A stretch of 64,000 nt of DNA from Eledone cirrhosa (lineage: Eukaryota): assembly GCA_964016885.1 (NCBI GenBank), contig OZ024740.1, positions 2,542,001 to 2,606,000 of the forward strand. Direction: 5' to 3'. The notes under the pieces are model-generated. The model was not told where the DNA came from, ran no database searches, and was given only the letters and a program-made list of their open reading frames with translations. The translations under genes were made by a program, and so were the position numbers. Below are positions 12,578 to 27,364 of the stretch, piece by piece (position 1 is the stretch's first letter; every line of letters starts with the position of its first letter).

Positions 12578-15500
12578 CTAGCAGAAGTGCTCGGGGCTGA
12601 ATTGCTTGAAAGTACTGTAAGCAAAATGTGCGCGTGTGGCAACCCTCTTTTCTGCCACTCAACAGTATACATGTGGCACTTAACAGGCTAAAAAACCTGC
12701 CCCTTTTTTTATTAAATCAATGAGCTTAGCGAACTTCTGCCTGAAAACCCTTGCAATAATATCATGGCGATGGCAGTACTGCTGCCCTGGGAGAAGTTCC
12801 CGCGTTACCTCAACCCACTTTGGGTTACATGTAAACGTGATGAATAAATCGGGTCGCCCATAATGCCGAACGTAAGTCATAGTGTCCTGTGTTCGCTCGT
12901 GCATGTACCGTGGGCCCCCTGTATAGGTTGAGGGGAGAATGCACATCTTGCCGATGTTCCGGGGGTCAGTGTCATTCCTGATGCCGTCACGCAAATGGAT
13001 GTCGGAGTGTGAGCGCAGCTGCTTCTGATTCAATTTGATGAAGCTCAGTCTCTCGGACTCCATCTTTGCAGCCATGTCAACTGCAAACTGGTGAAACAGT
13101 TCCCGTGACCTGTGTAGGGTGCTGAAATCGTTAGGCCTCGTCATGAAGCGGTATGAGTAGAAAGCCATACTTGAAACAGTTTTAGATGTCGCAGCAGTGG
13201 GCTCGTTTGGTTTGTAGTGAGGAATGCCGAAATGGTACCCGTCTTCTCCGTACGGAAAAAGAAAGGGATACTGCAGGGCGTCATATGAACGATGCGTCTC
13301 ATTAATACGTCGAAGACCACTGTCGCGGCTTTGAAAAACTATGTCTCGCTTATTGTGCTGTCCACCATGGATAACTATGGCCACTTCATTGCACGAAGGA
13401 GCGTTATATCGGCGTGCGTGCTCTTTTGTCAGCATCGATGACAATGGTGAAGTTTGGTGAAGGGGATGTTTCCAAGGCGTATTTGAAACTGCGAATGTAA
13501 CTGTTGTGTTCATGAAGCATGTTTTGCAGACTGAGCAGCACGTCCCTGTCAAAGTTGTCAGCGTCAGTGTTTATAGGTGGTGGAATAACGCTGAAACGCA
13601 CATCAATTTGCCTACTGTAGTTAGAAATGAAGTAAATTTGAAGGAACGAAGGTTTGGAATTTTGTAGTGGCTGGAGTGACCCAATAAGGTGGTACACCTG
13701 ACCCTGGACCTTGAAAGTAGGCATCCAACCAGTTTCTCTGACAACGTTAGCCCCGAAAGAAGTCATCTGAAATGCACAATTGTACTTCCTGATGAGTTGA
13801 AGGAATTTTGATGACCTTGAGGTCGAACCAGTAAGTAATTCCTTCATAGGGTCTGGCAGCTCCCGAAGAGGGGCAAGCTGACCTTACCGTTTAAGCAGCA
13901 CATTGCAGGTGGTTCCCCAGCCCACTTTTTAGCATTGCAGAATTTGCAATTGAGGCACATTTCCCCAATATTTATGTCGGCGCGCATCGAGTAATTGAAG
14001 TTGGGCTCATACTTGAAAGCCCGTAGATGCCAGTAAGGGCTGTGTGGACTCGTCAGACCGCGGGTAGCCTCGCGCCGTCGACTGTTCCGCTGGAATGTAG
14101 AACGTTGCTGGTCTGAGTCGTGGGAAGGTGTCGCATCAGTAGCAGAAGCGACGTTTGCAATGGTAATGGACCGGCCGTCTGCATCTTGAGAAGGCATAGA
14201 AGCAGTGAAAGCCGCCTCGTTCCTATGAAGGTGAGTGGTCGGTAGTTCGAAACGTTCTGAAAATCTTGAAGCAGCAGTAACCGCAGCGTTTTTAGCCAGT
14301 CGAGTGGCCCTTTGTTGTGGGCTCTCTGAAGCCCTTGAAGCAGCAGCAGCAGCAGCAGTAGCAGCAGCCTTTATAGCCATGCGATTCGACCTTGTTTCCG
14401 GACGCTCTGAAGCCCTGGAAGCAGCATCGTATGAAGCCTTTTTTGCTCGGCGTGCGTTGCGCTGTTGGAAAGTTTCAGCAGCTCGTGATTCCGCTGAACG
14501 TAAGGCGCTCTGTGAAAGTCTGAAATCCTTTTTGTCGGAGGACTCGTTTGCGGTAATCACCTTTTGCGCGGCTGCTGCTGCCGTATGGCGGCCGAGGCGA
14601 CTTCTCTTTTTCGGTGGCATTTTATGTGAAAAATAAAGGGTGAAAGTTACTTAAAGATAAAAATTGTAATGTGAATGAAATGTGGAAAAATTTTGACCGT
14701 GGAAGGAAAAGAAACAAATATTTGGAGCTGGAAGAAATTGTTTAGGTAAGTATAGCGACAGAGTGTGTAAAGTGTATTGAAACGTGAGTTAAAAGAAAGA
14801 AAATGAAGTGAGATTTGTAAGAAAGGAAGTTGTTTACGTACATGTGGCAAATGGCAAATGTTTTAGTTGTTTAATAAAATATTTGTGTAAAGTGTATAGA
14901 AACGTAAATTGAAACAAAGAAAATGAACTTACATTTTTAAGAAAGGAATTTGTTTACGTACATGTTGCAAATAGCAAATGTTTGTGCAGTTGTCAGAAAT
15001 ATAACCAGGGTACATTTGTGGAACTGATGTATTATAATGAATAGTCATGTATTTGTGGTTATAAATCCCGCACGTTGTTTAATTGCTTTATATTTTTTTT
15101 GATCAATTTATGTGAGTGTGTGTTTGTATGCGTTTGGAAATAAATCATTAAGTTTGAAGCAACTAAAAGTTAGTGTGGTTATAAATCACGCACGTTGTTT
15201 AATTGCTTTAAATGTTTTTTTATCATTTGAAGTGAGTGTGTGTTTGTATGCGTTTGGAAATAAATCAGTAAGTTTGAAGTATAAAAGAGAAAGTAGCAAA
15301 ATGTGTGGGTTGTAGATAGAGGTAGGCAGATGATATGAGAGAGTAAAATGGACAGTATCACCATCAACATGAACAATGTAAAATGAAAAGAATAATTTAG
15401 TTTCATTTTACGTGTTTCAGCTTGGAAATAGAAAGTAGCATAAAGTATGAAGTTGTATAGATTTTGAATGGTAATGGAAGGAGGTTAGCACTTGAAATGA

Positions 15501-15693
15501 GAGAGGTCAAATCGTAAAATATTGAGTTTTATCGATTTTTTGCGTAATTGTGGGTGAAATTGAAAAAATTATATGTGCCAAGACCCAATCGAAGCTATTT
15601 CGAATACTGAATTGTAAATTTCAATTGAAGAAATTCTATATCGTAGATTTCTATAACAAAGGAGCATGACCATACACTGAGCTTTATAGATTA

Positions 15694-15696
<3 letters not shown>
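12578..15696 (-). mobile_element. Helitron, internally deleted (N-terminal/Rep part retained, helicase lost)
   Basis: Minus strand starts TC (15696) and ends CTAG (12578), inside (TA)n. ORF pieces carry CKFC..CCLNGKV, YNCAFQMTSFG, FKVQGQVYH, YDALQYP and GGPRYMHE..GRPDLFITFTCNPKW. Confidence 0.9.
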
Positions 15697-15763
<67 letters not shown>

Positions 15764-15789
15764 TAATGTATATATATATATATATATAA

Positions 15790-15982
15790 GTGTGTCGTTT
15801 CTGAATTTGTTTAGCAAGATTCTTTATCTGAAAACGTGTGTTGAAACCCATATTGTTATGCTTTGTGGAACCAACCAACCAACCGGAAATTTATAAATTC
15901 CTAAATTTATAATAAATTGAAGTGAAAGCTACTGGTGCGTGTTTTTCTTATTGGCGACATGACCCTCCCAAAGCATAACAAT
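15790..15982 (+). mobile_element. Internally deleted copy of the 12008-12420 pLTR unit (hammerhead removed)
   Basis: Matches 12008-12076 joined to 12292-12420. Confidence 0.75.
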
Positions 15983-16000
15983 ATATATATATGTATATAT

Positions 16001-16592
16001 GGTAAATTTCTTTAAGTCGTTTGGAAGCCTCGACAATGCAGATGGGTAAATCTCCGGGTAACAAGATCCGGTGGTGGAGAGAGAGATATAAGTGGGTGAA
16101 CGTTGAGAAGCGTGGCGTGTATAAGACTGTAACGTTAGAGGAATGAAGGAATGATCGTAAAGGATAAAAATAAAAATAACAACACGAGAAAGAGTTACCT
16201 TGGGAGAGATTTAATTGTCCCTATATATTTCGGATTCACATCCATCAACTGGGGTTTTTTTCCGGGGGGAGGTTGCCTGTCGGAAAGATGCGAAACATGT
16301 CCTCTGCTGTTCGTTGTTTTGAATATGTGAGGTATTCAGCAGAGCGCGCGTGCGCATGAAATGGGGTCGGTCAGACAGAGGTCAGCGGCCGAAGTAGTTC
16401 TTTCAATTGTGGGAGTGGGGTGGCGCTCGCTGTCAGTCCATTCTATGTTTGGTGAATGTTACTGTGTGTGTGTGTGTGTGCGTGCGTTGTTGTCTCGCTT
16501 GAGTGTGTGTGTGTGTGCGTGTGTTGTTGCCTTGTTCCTCTGTATTGGCCGTGTAGTATGTTCGTATGGTGGAATGCTACTGTGTGTGTGTG

Positions 16593-16650
<58 letters not shown>

Positions 16651-18374
16651 GTTGCCTTGTTCCTCTGTATTGGCCGTGTAGTATGTTCGTATGGTGGAAT
16701 GCTACTGTGTGTGTGTGTGTGCGTGTATGAACGTGTTGCTGTCTCGCTTGTGTGTGTGTGCGTGTGTTGCTGCATCGTTTGTTATCTTAAACCAACCACC
16801 CCATTTCGCTTCTCTCGGATCGGTTGTTTAATTGTGGCCCTAGGCGTTTGATCCAAAGTGCTTCCTTGATACGTAACGTGCCGACGTTTCTTTCTGTCGC
16901 TAGAATTGTGACAATGAGCCTTCCGTCGTTGTTTCCGCATTTGGCTATGTGTTTCCGGAAACATGAGGCCCTGGTTTTAGTCTGTTGCATGATCTGGATG
17001 TGCAACGGCCGGATTGTGCTACCTATATAGTATTGGTTGCACTTGTTACATTCTATCTTATACACGACGTATGTGCGTAGGCAACAGTTCGCATGGCGCA
17101 TCGGGCAGTCTCTGAGGGAACACGCGTCAGTTGATTTCCCGGGTTTCCTGGAGAGGCATCTTCGCAGAGAGGGACCCTAGTGGGCCAGTTGGATGTCGAG
17201 GCCCACCCTCCGTATAGCCTTGCGGATAGCGTTGGTGGTATTCTCGCCCAGGTGTGCCATTTTAGGGAAGCACTTGCCTTTGGTGCCTCTATGTCTCTTG
17301 TGTCTGGTGTCTCCTACTCTGTCTGTGAGCGAGGTAGGGTACCCGTTAGTCTCCAGCACCTCGAGGAATCGCTTGGTATGAGAGACACCACTCGCGGGAT
17401 CGCTGCATCTGTTTTTGATTCGCGCGATCTCGTTCGTGATGTATCCTCTTTTGGCACTGTTAGGGAGGGCGGATTTGTAATGGACGAACAGGCTGCCTTT
17501 CGGTAAAAGTTGCAGTGGATCCCTCCCTGCTCCGTGATGTTGATTCGGAAATCGAGGAGCGCAAGTGACCCGTCGTCGTTGGGGTGTTCAACACTGAAGT
17601 CAATGTTCTCGTTGAACGTCTCATATATTCTGTTCGCCATGTCTTGGGAAGATGTGAGGATGAGGATATCGTCCACGTACCTTGAGAAAAAGGCGACGGC
17701 GTTGGGGTGGCACACCTTGAGTGCCTTCCGCTCGAGGCTGTCCATGTAAGAGCTCGCTAGCACACCCGACAGGCTTGATCCCATGGGCAGTCCCGAGGTT
17801 TGTTGGTATGTTTGGTCAAGGAAATCGAAGTAGGTGTTGTCAACGACAATGGATAGGAGTTGGTGGATGTCAGTGGTGGCGAGCCCAAAGCAGTGTAGGT
17901 CGGTGGATTGGACGATGCCTCTCCAGGAAACTTTCCTGAAATGCCTCTCCAGGAAACTCGGGAAATCAACTGACGCGTGCTTCCTCAGAGACTGCCCGAT
18001 GCGCCATGCGAACTGTTGCCTACGCACATACGTCGTGTATAAGATAGAATGTAACAAGTGCAACCAATACTATATAGGTAGCACAATCCGGCCGTTGCAC
18101 ATCCGGATCAAGGAACACACTAAAACCAGGGCCTCGTGTTTCCGGAAACACATAGCCAAATGCGGAAACAAAGACGGAAGGCCCATTGTCACAATTATAG
18201 CGACAGAAAGAAACGTCGGCACGTTACGTATCAAGGAAGCACTTTGGATCAAACGCCTAGAGCCACAAATAAACAATCGATCCGAGAGAAGCGAAATGAG
18301 GTGGTTGGTTTAAGTTAACAAACGATGCAGCAACACACGCACACACACACAAGCGAGACAGCAACACACACACA

Positions 18375-18465
<91 letters not shown>

Positions 18466-19075
18466 GCATTCCACCATACGAACATACTACACTGCCAATA
18501 CAGAGGAACAAGGCAACAACACACACACACACACACGCTCAAGCGAGACAACAACGCACGCACACACACACACACAGTAACATTCACCAAACAGGCAGAG
18601 AATGGACTGACAGCGAGCGCCACCCCACTCCCACAATTGAAAGGACTACTTCGGCCGCTGACCTCTGTCTGACCGACCCCATTTCACGCGCACGCGTGCT
18701 CTGCTGAATACCTCACATATTCAAAACAGCGAACGGCGGAGGACATGTTTCGCACCTCCGACAGGCAACCCCCCCCCGCGGAAAAAACCCCAGTTGATGG
18801 ATGTGAATCCGAAATGTATAGGGACAATTAAATCTCTCCCAAGGTAACTCTCTCTCGTGTTGTTATTTTTATTTTTATCCTTTACGCTCATTTCTTCATT
18901 CCTCTAACGTTACAGTCTTATACACGCCACGCATCTCAACGTACACCCACTTACATCTCTCTCTCCACCACCGGATCTTGTTACCCGGAGATTTACCCAT
19001 CTGCATTGTCGAGCCTTCCAAACGACTTAAAGAAATTTACCTTATTATTCCACAATGCTTCAAGCAAACTTCAAT
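16001..19075 (-). mobile_element. Penelope-like element: truncated RT-GIY-YIG copy (minus) plus ~1.1 kb inverted copy (plus)
   Basis: RT GLPMGSSLS, RYVDD (17314-17900). GIY-YIG VVYKIECNKCNQYYIGST at 16787-17101(-) and 17941-18313(+). Arms 16001-17160 and 17941-19040 are inverted. Confidence 0.88.
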
Positions 19076-19079
19076 ACTC

Positions 19080-19535
<456 letters not shown>

Positions 19536-19633
19536 AGGAGGTGAGTTTTATTGTAGCACAATAAAGCAATGCAATATGTTGATTTAAAACTTCACTATTC
19601 ACAAGTGTTTTTAAGCTTCATATCATGTCTCCC

Positions 19634-19704
19634 TATTTTATCTGATGAGAACGCAGATATCATCCCATGATGATATTTGTTTTTGAAATGCGCATGATAA
19701 AATA
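19634..19704 (+). ncRNA. Hammerhead-like motif in a ~200 bp solo insert; cleavage triplet AUG, probably inactive
   Basis: tattttat-CTGATGA-hairpin(gatatcatc/gatgatatt)-GAAA-tgcgca-TG-ataaaata. Confidence 0.7.
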
Positions 19705-19736
19705 CTTGGAACTCTTTTAACCATCTTTTGATCTTC

Positions 19737-19769
<33 letters not shown>

Positions 19770-19772
<3 letters not shown>

Positions 19773-20215
19773 CGTTTCTGAATTTGTTTATCTTGATCTG
19801 AAATCGTGTGTTAAAACCGATATTGTTATACTTTGGGTGGGTCATTTTGCCAATAAGAAACACACGCACCAGTTGCTTTCACTTCAATTTATTATAAATT
19901 TAAGAATTTATAAATTTCCGGTTGGTTGGTTGGTTCCACAACCAGACGATTGTTCATATATTGTCAAAGTTCTTTCGTCACACATGACCTCTTCAGTGAC
20001 TGTGGATTCTTTTCTTTGTTTTTGTGCCTCTCCTTTGTTCTGTCCTACGCCATATTGTTTGTGTGTGTGTTGTGTGCTTAGTTTGCGCATGTGTTACATC
20101 CGGGTGTCTGTGTGTGTTTATATTTGTTTATTTATTTGTTTATTTACATGTTAATGGTTGGTTGTTTGTTCTATGTGTGAGTGTGTTTTCATTTTGTCCT
20201 TAATTGTAAGTTGTG
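19770..20215 (-). mobile_element. PLE pLTR (same family as 12008-12420)
   Basis: Reverse-complement homology to 12100-12420 plus the ORF-start tail. Confidence 0.8.
19963..20000 (-). ncRNA. Minimal hammerhead
   Basis: gtca-CTGAAGA-g-gtca-tgtg-tgac-GAAA-gaac-TT-tgac. Confidence 0.75.
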
Positions 20216-20216
20216 A

Positions 20217-23200
20217 TGTTGTCTCACTGCCATGTAGCATTGCTGTTCGTATACAGGCATCATACAATCTGCCTTTCATTTTTAGAGAGAAACATTTTGT
20301 GGCCAACAGCGGTATAAGCTCTCTGAACTTTTTCCATCCCGTTTTGACTTTGGCTACTGTACTTTCAGAGCACCCTCCACCACTGCTGCTTTTGTCACCC
20401 AGGTAACGGAAACTGTCCACTATTTCTATAGAACCATCTGGGCAATAGATGGAGCTAGTATCCTGTGGGCACTTGCTACTTATTGCACCTGAGCATCGGC
20501 CACATATAAAACCTACGTCCTTAGATAGTTTACCTGTGATCCCCCTACATGTTTTATGTACCCATAGTTTGCATTTGGGACATAAAATGGAATTTCTGCC
20601 TACTCCTTTCCTATACACCTGCGCCCTATTTTCCTATCTACAAACTAGAACTTTAGTCTTAGACAAGTTAATTTTAAGGCCTTTGATTCTAGGCCATTCT
20701 TCCATGTTTGGAATTTCTGCTCTAGTTCACCCATAAATTCAGCTATGAGAGTTAGATCATCTGCATATAGGAGTTCCCATGGGCAGCCGATCTTAAACTC
20801 CTCCGTTATAGCCTGAAGGGCAATAATAAATAGGAGGGGGGCTAAGGTCAGAGCCTTGATGAACACCATCTTTTACACTAAATTCTTCACAATATTCATT
20901 GTTAATTCTAACCTTACTGACTGTTTCTTTATACATAGCTTGTATAGCTCTCACAAGCCATTCATCTACACCTAGTTTTCTAAGAGCCCACCAGATAATG
21001 GATCGGGGGACTCTGTCAAATCTTTCTCCACGTATACAAAAGCTAAGTAGAGGGGTTTACTTTTAGCTAGGTACTTCTCCTGTAGTTGTACAAGGAATAG
21101 AGCGTCTGTGGTACTTTTACGTGACACAAACCCAAACTTAATTTCATCTTGATCAATTCGCTCTCTGATTAGTTTCGCTATATCGCTATAACTCTTTCTG
21201 TGACCTTCAAGACCTGGTCAACTAACTTAATGCCTCTATAGTTTCCCCTATCTAGAGCATCACCTTTACCCTTATAGCAGTTAATGATGATGCTGCTACG
21301 CCAGTCTTTTGGTATGACCCCATTCTGTATTACTTGGTTAACTATACCGGTGACCATAGTATGTCCCACCATTCCAGATGCCTTCAACATCTCAGCAACT
21401 ATCTCCGAAGGCCCAGCCGCCTTGCCTGTCTTCATATCTTTGATTGCCTTACTTATTATACTACCTTTAACTTGCACCGTTGTTCCTTCTATTGGATCGA
21501 TTTGGGGCAGACTATCTTTTTCCCATTTATTCTCCTCATTTAATAGTCTCTCGTAGTGACACTTCCAGTATCAATGAGGGAAAGTACACCGTTATCATTA
21601 CGGACACACTTCTCCCCGACAATATCACGGTTTTCCTTGACACATTGTCTAGCAATCCTGAACACCTCACGTTTTTGGTCCTCACGATGTAGAACATGCT
21701 TGAACTTTCTATCCTCTGCTACCCTTTTTGCAAGGTACACCTGTCTCCTAGCTTCTTTCCTGGCCACTTGATAGTGTTGTCTACTTCCCCCATTCAGCCA
21801 TACTTTCCAAGCCTGCTTTTTGGCCTTGATTGACTCCTCCACTTTTCTGCTCCACCACCAAGTTACTCTCCTCCTGCCAATAGATCTGCTCCAGCCACAG
21901 ATTTCATCCGTTGCTTTCAGCAGGTTAGCTTTCAGGAATGCCCACTGTTCCTCTATATTGCATGTCTCTAATTGCTCTTCCTTATTGTCAAAGGCATCAA
22001 GTAATAAGCTTTTAAATTTGTCACTGGCTATGGGGTACTTCAACTTCCATAGTCTTCTCCTCAAGGTAGGCCTCCTCTGTCGTCGAGTATGTCTATTCCT
22101 GACTATGAGGTCACTAACTACTAGGCTATGTTGGGAGGTGCATTCTTCACGGGGGAGGGATTTAGTGTTTACAACAGACACTTTGTGACGTCTTCTAGTA
22201 AGGATATAATCTATCTGGCTGGCGTGTTCCCCTGATCTATAAGTGATCAAGTGATTTTCTCATTTTTTGAAGTTTGTGTTACAGATATGTTTCTTTATTA
22301 GCCACAAGGGCACAAAAGAAGGGGACAAATACAAAGGGGGAAGTTTACATACAATAAAAACGTGTAAAATACTATCACAAATGCAATTTAAAAATTAATC
22401 GATTTTCCCCAATAGCGGGAGACATTACATATGGGTAACACATACCCCCGAAAAAATGTGCAACCCTCATCTCCAGGAGTACGAAGAATGAGTACCCCCT
22501 TCCCCTCTTCCTCTTTTTCCTCAACCTACAGGCTGATATAGAGAGAAGGCCCATTCACTCGGGCCATTCTCGCCACTTTCACCCACCTTTCATAAAACTT
22601 GCTGGGGTACAGCACCTCTCTCTCCATCCCCTGATTCTTCTTCCAAAGTGGTATTTGAAAAAAAGAATCAGTTGTTGGCTGGAGAGAAAGGTGTCTGACC
22701 TCACCCTTTTTAACCTCGTCCACCATACAACCTCTTTCGCCATAGCTATCACACAAAGGAAAACAGCCTCTCATTCGTTTTTGAAGGAGGGTGGCGGTTT
22801 GATCATGACAATGGACTCGGTGGTCAACCGGATTGGTTCCACCCGCGACAATAGTCGTTCTACATAGCCCCATAGGTTGGTAACGCCCGGGCAGTGTACG
22901 AATGCGTGCGCGACGGTTTCTTCGTCTCGCACGCATCTCGGACAGATCTTTTTCGAAGGGCCCCTGCCCGGGCGTCCATGTCTGTAGAGCTTGTCTCGAA
23001 CTGGTAGAGCTCCTCGGTAGCACTGCCAGGCCAGGGACTTTTGGAAGTTGTCCATCGGTCCCGGGCAGAAGGTCCTACCGAACAGATAGTTAGGTTATTA
23101 GCGTCACAGAATTCCAGGATTCTGAAGCCCTCCTCATTTCTATTTCCAACCCCATAGCCTCCATGGATTCCATCATAGCCATCACTATGTTGACCTCCAA

Positions 23201-23515
23201 CGAGACCGTTTAGGTTGCCAGCAATAATTAAGTAGTCGCTGTTGGTTATTTGGGAGGTAGTGTGCATTAGCATCTCATAGCACATGTCCTTTATAACGTC
23301 AGGTAGACCAGATTGGGGTGCATAAGTGGATATTATTGTCACAGTAGTTCTATTTAGAACTAGTCTTATTTTAATTATTCTGTCATTCACTCTATTTACA
23401 TCAATTACCTTATCTACCCATTTTTCAGCTAACATAATTCCTACACCATCCAGTCCGTTGTCATTTCCCACCCAGAAAAGTTTATAGCATCGTTTTTTTA
23501 CCCACGATGAATCTG
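20217..23515 (-). mobile_element. RTE-clade LINE (BovB-like), decayed, interrupted by a Tx1/L1 insertion
   Basis: APE (DGVGIML, YAPQSG, GNRNEEG, QIDYIL); RT (GKAAGP, KGKGD..NYRGIKL, LLYADD, FRYLGD, MLHGSET). Confidence 0.9.
22288..23081 (-). mobile_element. 5'-truncated Tx1/L1-clade 3' end with 7-bp TSD ACAGATA
   Basis: CCHC motif CPRC..EETVAHAFVHC; aataaa at the 3' end; acagata at 22281-22287 and 23082-23088. Confidence 0.85.
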
Positions 23516-23539
23516 TATGTATATATATGTATATATATG

Positions 23540-23633
<94 letters not shown>

Positions 23634-23661
23634 TGCTGGATCCGTCAACCCTTATTATTAT

Positions 23662-23689
<28 letters not shown>

Positions 23690-23694
<5 letters not shown>

Positions 23695-23788
23695 GTGAGG
23701 TTTTTTTACAAAATGAAAAATAACAGAGGTGTCCTACACGAGTGAAAGTAAAAAAAAAGATGAAATCGAAAATGCAACTAGAGTCTTA

Positions 23789-23834
<46 letters not shown>

Positions 23835-24255
23835 TTGGTTCCTTTACCGGTTTCGCAGTTCTTCTGCTTTTCAAAAGTAGAGTTGAGATGGAGGGTCTGT
23901 GGTTTTTCTCACATCTGGTTGGTCTTTGAATGTTACTTGTTTTATATGGAAAAAAGTGGCTCGAAACGCCAGGTTTTTAGAGAAGTGATTTGATTGGTTG
24001 ATCAATAAGTATAATAAATTTCGAAATTTATTATACTTATTGACCAACCAATCAAATTACTTCTCTAAAAACCTGGCGTTTCGAGCCACCTATTTCCATA
24101 TAAAACAAGTAACATTCAAAGACCAACCAGATGTGAGAAAAACCACAGACCCTCCATCTCAACTCTACTTTTGAAAAGCAGAAGAACTGCGAAACCGGTA
24201 AAGGAACCAAATAAATATATATATATATTTTAAATAAGACTCCAGTTGCATTTTT
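23690..24255. mobile_element. Spacer-less palindrome of PLE pLTR with two U3-A8 hammerheads (23841-23878 minus, 24167-24204 plus)
   Basis: Centre aaatttcgaaattt at 24016-24029; arms ~23771-24022 and 24023-24252. Confidence 0.8.
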
Positions 24256-25822
24256 CTTTATATAGTTTTTCTCCCTCATCTCCTTCTATATCTCTTTATA
24301 TTTATTATTTTTTTCCTATTATTTAAAAAAAATGTTCAGTTGACTTATAATCTCCCGTACTTTCTACCTTACCCTTTACACATATACACCCACCACCTTT
24401 ATCCTTTAGTCAGTTCACACTTTAACCAGATACTCTTATCTAGATCTCATCGCAAACCTTTTACAACACTTTTCCCTTACCTATTCTTAATAATTGTGTT
24501 TATCTTTTCAATTTTACTCCCCTTTTGTCCTTACTTACCCACTAGGTTTTATGTTCTCACATAGGGCTGCGTGCGTGCGTGTGTGTGTGTGTGTGTATGT
24601 ATTTGTGTGTGCGTATGTATATGCATGTGTATGTCCGTCGGCGCATACGTATGTACTGGCCTAAATCTTCACTATTTACTTTTACTATTTTAATAACCTC
24701 TGTCATTTTCGTTTTCAATTTTATTTACATCATTCTTAAACTCCGGGGCTGGAAATCATTCGGTTATTTTAAATAGAATATTAGTCTAACGACTTCATTT
24801 ATACCATAAACTTAGTCTTGTCTTTGCAGTAAATTGTTCTTCTCAGTCCACATAACGACGTATTACCCTCGCTTTTTTCCGTTCATTACCACGGAACGTC
24901 TTCACGAACCAAAATATCGTCTTCCTGTTTTCTTTCGGTTGCAACGTTTCTCGAAATATTTACTTCTGCGTTCACAGATTAAATTTTTTAGTTTCAGAAG
25001 ATCCCGTTAATGTTGAAAGCAGCGATTCTTTGCTTAAACTTTAATCTGTTCTTATAACAAATGTGTGTGTGTGTGTCTATGTATATGTCTGTACGTGTTT
25101 GTGTATATGAGCAAATGTACGCGTACGCAGATATATGTCCTTGTATGCGTGTACGTGTGTGTGTGCGTGTGAGACCGGATGTATGAGGGCATATGGGCAG
25201 GCGCCTGTGGACGTGTATGTTGGTATGTATATGGTTGTGGGCGTGTGTAGGTGTGCGTAAGAGATGGAGTGTATGTGTATATGTATATGGGTGTGTATAT
25301 GTACATATGTGTGTGTACATATGTGTTTGCGTATATATGTATGTGTCCACGTGTGTGTGTGTGTATGTGTATGTATATATATATGTGTGTGGGTATATAT
25401 ATGTGTGTGTGAGCGGATTTGTAAAATAGCAAACCCAGCATGAGTCCATTGAAGTGTGTCGGGCGGAGAGTAACTGATGGCCAGTATGGCAGCAAATATT
25501 TACAAGAATTTATGATGACGTAGAAAAACAACAGCCAATAACAAGACAAGAGTGGCAGGTGTTTTTTGCTGATACTCTCCAGTGAGAAAATTTGTTCCGA
25601 AAGTATTGCATGTGTCCGAAGAACCCGTAGATCTAGAATCAGACAAATCCATACAATGATCGTGTCTCGAGCTATCTGCCGGCGAAACAATTGTAACACA
25701 CAGTAAACTGAGTCCAGATGCATCACTGATTTTTCCTTTTATATTATATCACATTCTGCTCTATAAGAACATTGAGTGCTCAACTGGCATACCGCCTATG
25801 GAAGCATCATAGCTACCATTAA

Positions 25823-25875
<53 letters not shown>

Positions 25876-25939
25876 AATAAAATTAGTCATTCATCAGTGA
25901 TCTTCCAATCTTCATTCGTATTTCTTCGCTTTAAACATC

Positions 25940-26530
25940 ATATACCTCTGGTGGGTGCGAGCAATAACCAAAGAAAGTTATTGGGACACGTAAAATAGGC
26001 TGAAGTGAGCGAGAAATGTAAACAAACATAGATGGTAATGCAAAGGAAAGAGAGGAAGAGAAGAGACAAGTCCGTGATATCTATGAACTTAAGTTCTGTG
26101 AAATCATAGACGAGAGATAAAGACCATTTGACCTGGGTGAGATGTGAGCGAGGAAAGGAGTTCACGCAGGTCAAACGGGAGGAAGTGAGATAGGGGGAGT
26201 AACCGAGAGTGAGTGAGTGAAAGTGTGAGGAAGAGGCCAGCTGAGAGAGAGTGACTGGTTATACCTCAGGTGGGTGCGAGCAATAACTAAAAAAAGTTAT
26301 TGGGACACGTAAATTAGGGTGAAGCGAGCGAGACATGTAAACAAACATAGATGGCAATGCAAAGGAAAGAGAGGAAGAGAAGAGACAAGTCCGTGATATC
26401 TATGAGCTTAAGTTCTGTGAAATCATAGACGAGAGATAAAGACCATCCGACCTGGGTGAGATGTGAGCGAGAAAAGGATTTCACACAGGTCAAACGGGAG
26501 GAAGTGAGAGAGAGGGAGTAGCAGAGAGTG
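25940..26530. repeat. Diverged direct tandem duplication, ~320 bp period
   Basis: tatacctc.ggtgggtgcgagcaataac at 25941 and 26260. Confidence 0.8.
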
Positions 26531-26854
26531 ATTGGCAGAGGGGTAAAAAGAGGGTGAGAGATACAGAGAAAGGGGAAGCAGTTAGGGAGAGAGAGAAATG
26601 CTTTGTACGGCTTTTGGAGGAAGGAGTGACCAGCAGTAAGTTGTTCGGTATTATTACGAAAATGTGTAGCAGAGAATCCCGCGTGAACTAACAGCTCGGG
26701 AGGAAACTGCTTATCTCAAACATTCATTCGCCATCGTTCTTGTTTTTTGGTATTTGTTTGTCTACAGTTAGATGAATGACGCACAAAGGGTTAATGTTTA
26801 TTGGCAAGAAGTTTTTTGAATAATAAAAGACGGGTTAAAGCAACCTACAATGTA

Positions 26855-27358
<504 letters not shown>

Positions 27359-27364
27359 GATGTA

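Noticed and set aside
26775-26794. AGGG-TTAA piggyBac-like terminus
   Set aside because: No matching opposite terminus or transposase seen.
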